Source: the human T2T-CHM13v2.0 reference genome, Homo sapiens. From it: a DNA stretch of 64,000 nucleotides. The notes under the pieces were generated by a model that saw only the letters and a program-made list of their open reading frames with translations, made no database searches and was not told where the DNA came from. Below, piece after piece: positions 59,435 to 64,000 of this stretch. The DNA is taken from the NCBI RefSeq assembly GCF_009914755.1, contig NC_060933.1; one strand, written 5' to 3'. A program made the translations under genes and the position numbers. The first letter of the stretch is position 1; every line of letters begins with the position of its first letter.

Positions 59435-59830
59435 GCGTGAGTCAAGGTAGGCTAGTTGTGTCGTTATGACAATCAATGCAGGGTTTAAGTATCTTTAAAA
59501 CATAAACATTTATTTATTTATTTTTACCTAATGTTGGCCGTCAGTCTGGGAGATTCCTCCAAGGAGTGGCTCAATGATAAAGGCTGCTTCGACCTCATGG
59601 CACCCCGTCTCAATACATACATCTGTGGTTGTGATGTAGGTGGGACAGATGGAGGGTCTCACTGATAGTGAGTGCTTTGGCCTGGAAACGACTCACATCA
59701 CTGCCACTCACAGCCAATTGGCCAGAAATAGTCATATGATCCCAAAGCAAAAAAAAAAAAAAAAAAAAAAAACCTCAAAAAAAAAAAAGCAACACAGAAC
59801 TATAATCTTTCCAGGTGCCCAGAACTGGGT
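59435..59830 (-). mobile_element. MLT1J/K-like MaLR LTR
   Basis: catcactgccactcacagccaattggccagaaatagtcatatg motif. Confidence 0.55.
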
Positions 59831-61194
59831 GAGCCCAGCGTTCCATGTAGCTGAACTACACAGCACTCTATGCAGCCATATATCAGGAAAGTGCCCTCCA
59901 AGAAGTTGGCTGATGTGGAAGCCACACAAGTTTGGTGAAGTCCTCAGTCCCCTAAAAATACTTTACATTTTTAATTAGTCTTCAGAATTCTAGTATTCCT
60001 TATGTCCTGGACAGTTTAAAATAATGTCCCTAATTTACAGGAAAGCTACCATTTCCTAGAAAATGCGTAAGGCTATTCCTAGGATTTTGAGAGATTTGGT
60101 GCTGGTAATGAGGATGGGGATGTGACAATTATTTTTCTAAATTCCATCTAAGGTGGTTCATGTAGATCTGGTATTTTGATCTTTCCCTGATGCTATTTTT
60201 TCCATAGGGTGGATTGGTGTCCCTGTGGATGGGGAGTGAGGCTAGGAAAGGCAGCTCAGCGCATCTTTGGGCCTGTGAGCTGTGAGAAGTTCCTGCTCCC
60301 TGACAGTTGAATCAATTCTCTGTCACGTAAAAACTAATAAAGAAAGAATGACAAAGCAGCTTATGGAAATGGAGCCACACTTCATGTTCCAACAGGGTTA
60401 GTACCAGCTGTTAGCCATGCATCACTTCTGGGCCCTTCCCAGTGACCTTCATTTATTAGGTGTCACTAATATTCCTCTTCATCAGGGAACAAGTAGACTC
60501 CTTCTGGTGTGAAAGCAAAGGGAACGGCAGATCTTTGAAATGTTGAGCCTGTTTGGTGCCTAGTGGAGAAGCCTCTTTGGCCATGCTGATTTTGGAGGAA
60601 GGGTATAAAGACTGTGAATATTCCTTACCAGCTAAGGGGAATGCAAGATGGAACAGGGAGTGTTGCAATGGAATTGTAATGGAAACTGAGATACCTTGAT
60701 TTTCATATCAACTCCTATAATAACTTACGTGAGAATTTGGACAGACCACTTTATTTCATTAGATTTTTTTTCATTAAAAAAGAATCAATGTTATTCTGCC
60801 TAATTTGGAGGGTTAATAGGAAAAGCAATTTATGTGGGAAGTATGCAGGCCCTTAAAAAGCATGAAGGTCATGGAAATGGATATTTTTCTCTTTACAAAG
60901 TAATACAATTTGTTATACAATTTTGGAAAATATAAACACAAGTAAAAGTTTAACGTGAAAATCATGAAAACCAAACAAAATGCCACCACATAGAGGTAAC
61001 TGCTATTAACAAATGAGTGTATAGCCTTCTAAGAGTTTTTTTAAAAAAAATACATAATAATTGTATATATTTATGGGGTACATGTGATATGGTGATACAT
61101 GTATACAGTGTGATCATATTAAGGTATTTAGGATATCGATCACCGCAAACATTTATCATTTCTTTGTGTTGGGAACATTTCAAGTCTTCTAGTT

Positions 61195-61536
<342 letters not shown>

Positions 61537-62107
61537 TAGTCACACTACTGTGCTATTGAAAACTAAAACTTATTCCTTCTATCGAACTGTGTAGTTGTAG
61601 TCATTCACCAACCTCTCTTCATCCCTGCCCCTACCCTTCCCAGCCTCTGGTAACTATCATTGTAATCTCTACCTCCATTAGGCCTACTCTTTTAGCTCCC
61701 AAATGTGAGTGAGAACATGTGATATCTATCTTTTTCTGCCTGGCTTATTTCACTTAACATAATGACCTCCAGTTCCATCCTTGTTGCTGCAAATGACAGG
61801 ATCCATTTGCCTTAGCCTTCTAGTATGAATTCTGCCTGACTAGTATTTCATTGTTTATATATGCTACAATTTCTTTATCCATTTATCCATTGATGGACAC
61901 TGAGACGGAGTTGATAGCTTGGCTGTTGTAAATAGTACTGCAATAAACACGGGAGTGCAGGAATCCCTTTGATATACTGATTTCTTTTCCTTTGTATAAA
62001 TGCCAAGAAATGGGATAGCCTCTATATAATTTTCTATAATAGATGTACTAATTTACATTCCCCCCAACAATGTGTAAGAGTTTCCTTTTCTCTGCATCCT
62101 CACCAGA

Positions 62108-62205
62108 GTTTTTTTTTTTTTTTTTAAGGAGACAGGGTCTCACTATGTTACCTAGGCTGGTTTCAAACTCGTGGGCTCAAGTGATCCATTTGTCTTAGCC
62201 TCAAC
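62108..62205 (-). mobile_element. FLAM/Alu monomer fragment
   Basis: Poly-T followed by gagacagggtctcactatgtt...gggctcaagtgatcc. Confidence 0.8.
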
Positions 62206-62406
62206 CAGCATTTTTTATTGTCTTTTTGATAATAGCCATTCTAACTGGGGTGAAATGATATCTCATTGTGGTTTTGATGTGCATTTCTCTGATTCCTGAT
62301 GGTTTTTTCATATACCTATTGGTCATTTTTTTTTCTTTTTGCTTTTTTTTTGAGATGGTCTGTCACCCAGGTTAGAGTCTTTTTGCTTTCTTTTTTTTGC
62401 TTTTGC

Positions 62407-62703
<297 letters not shown>

Positions 62704-64000
62704 ATTTCTGTGTTTTCTTTTGAGAAATGTCTATTCAGATTCTTTGACTACTTTTAAATGGGATTATTTATGCTTTTTTTTTTCTGTTGAGTTGTTTCAG
62801 TTTCCTCCATATTCATGGCATTAGTCCCTTGTGGGATAAACAGTTTGCAAATATTCATTCCCATTCTACAGGTTGTCTCTTTACCCTGTTAGTTGTCTCC
62901 TTTGCTGTGCAGAAGCTTCTTAGTTTAATATAGTCCCATTTGTCTATTTTTGTTTTTGTTGCCTGTGCTTTTTTGAGGTCTTAGCCGTAGTATCTCTGCC
63001 TAGACCAATGTCCTGGAGTGTTTCCCCTGTGTTTTTTCTAGTAGTTTTATAGTTTTGAGTCTTACATTTAAGTCTTTTGAGTTGATTTTTATATATGGTG
63101 AGAGATAGATGTCTAGTTTTATTCTTGTGCAAATGAATATGCTGTATTCCCAGCACCATTTATTGAAGAAGGTATCCTTTTCCCAGTGTATATTCTTCCT
63201 GCCTTTGTCCAAAAGGCTGTAAATATGTGGATTTATTTCTGAATTCTCTATTTTGTTTCATTGATCTGTGTATCTGTTTTATACCGATATTATGCTATTT
63301 TGGTTATTATAGCTCTGTAGTATATTTTGAAGTCAGGTAGTGTGATTCCTCCAGCTTTGTTCTTTTTGCTTAATATTGCTTTGGCTTTGCAGGGTCTTTT
63401 GTGGTTCCAAATAAGTTTTATGATTGGATTTTCTATTTCTGTGAAGAATCTAATTGGTATTTTGATAAGGATTGCCATTGAATCTGTCAACTGCTTTGAG
63501 TATGGTCATTTTAATAATATTAATTCTTCTAATTCATGAGCATGGGCTGCCTTTCCATTTGTTTGTGTTCACTTTCTTTCATTGGTGTTTTGTAATTTTC
63601 ATTGTAGAGGTCTTTCACCTTAGCTAAATTTATTCCTAGGCATTTTGTTTTTCTTATAGTTATTATCTGATTGCTTTCTTTATTTCTTTTCCAGCTAGTT
63701 GATAATTGGTGTATAGAAACACTACTAAATTTTGTATGCTGATATTGTATCCTGAAATTTTACTGAATTAGCTTATCAGATCTAAGAGTTTTTCAGTGCA
63801 GTCTTTAGGTTTTTCTATATATAAGCTCATATATCATCAGCAAACAGGAACAATTTGACTTTTTTTTTTCCAATTTGGATGTCTTTTATTTCTTTTGCCT
63901 GATTGCTCTGGCTGGGACTTCCAGTACTATTTGGAATACGAGTGGTGAAAACTAGGCATCCTTGTCTTATTCCAGTCCTTACAGGAAAGGCATTCAGCTT

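Overview
This is primate genomic DNA, almost certainly human or great ape: it carries AluY, L1PA and LTR12C. The window is intergenic or deep intronic, and I find no credible protein-coding exon, RNA gene or CRISPR array. The ORFs I can place fall in Alu, L1, L2, ERV or microsatellite sequence; the rest are short and show no recognisable protein. Much of the window is transposable elements: about 28 Alus, L1/L2/MIR relics, hAT MITEs, an MLT2B-ERVL gag/pro relic, a nested ERV1 LTR cluster at 29-33 kb and a full-length solo LTR12C with its TSD. I do not see a new biological system. The most notable signal is a set of locally templated insertions (11.05, 25.1, 38.1, 50.9, 52.3 and 62.3 kb) whose donor sequences are readable nearby, with microhomology or fold-back junctions. 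Other points of interest are an ERVL/MaLR element with mismatched ends, a probable tiny SVA2 3' insertion, a 111-bp VNTR, two perfect hairpins and a repeat-free enhancer-like block. Repeat subfamily names are recalled from consensus sequences, and most boundaries are approximate.
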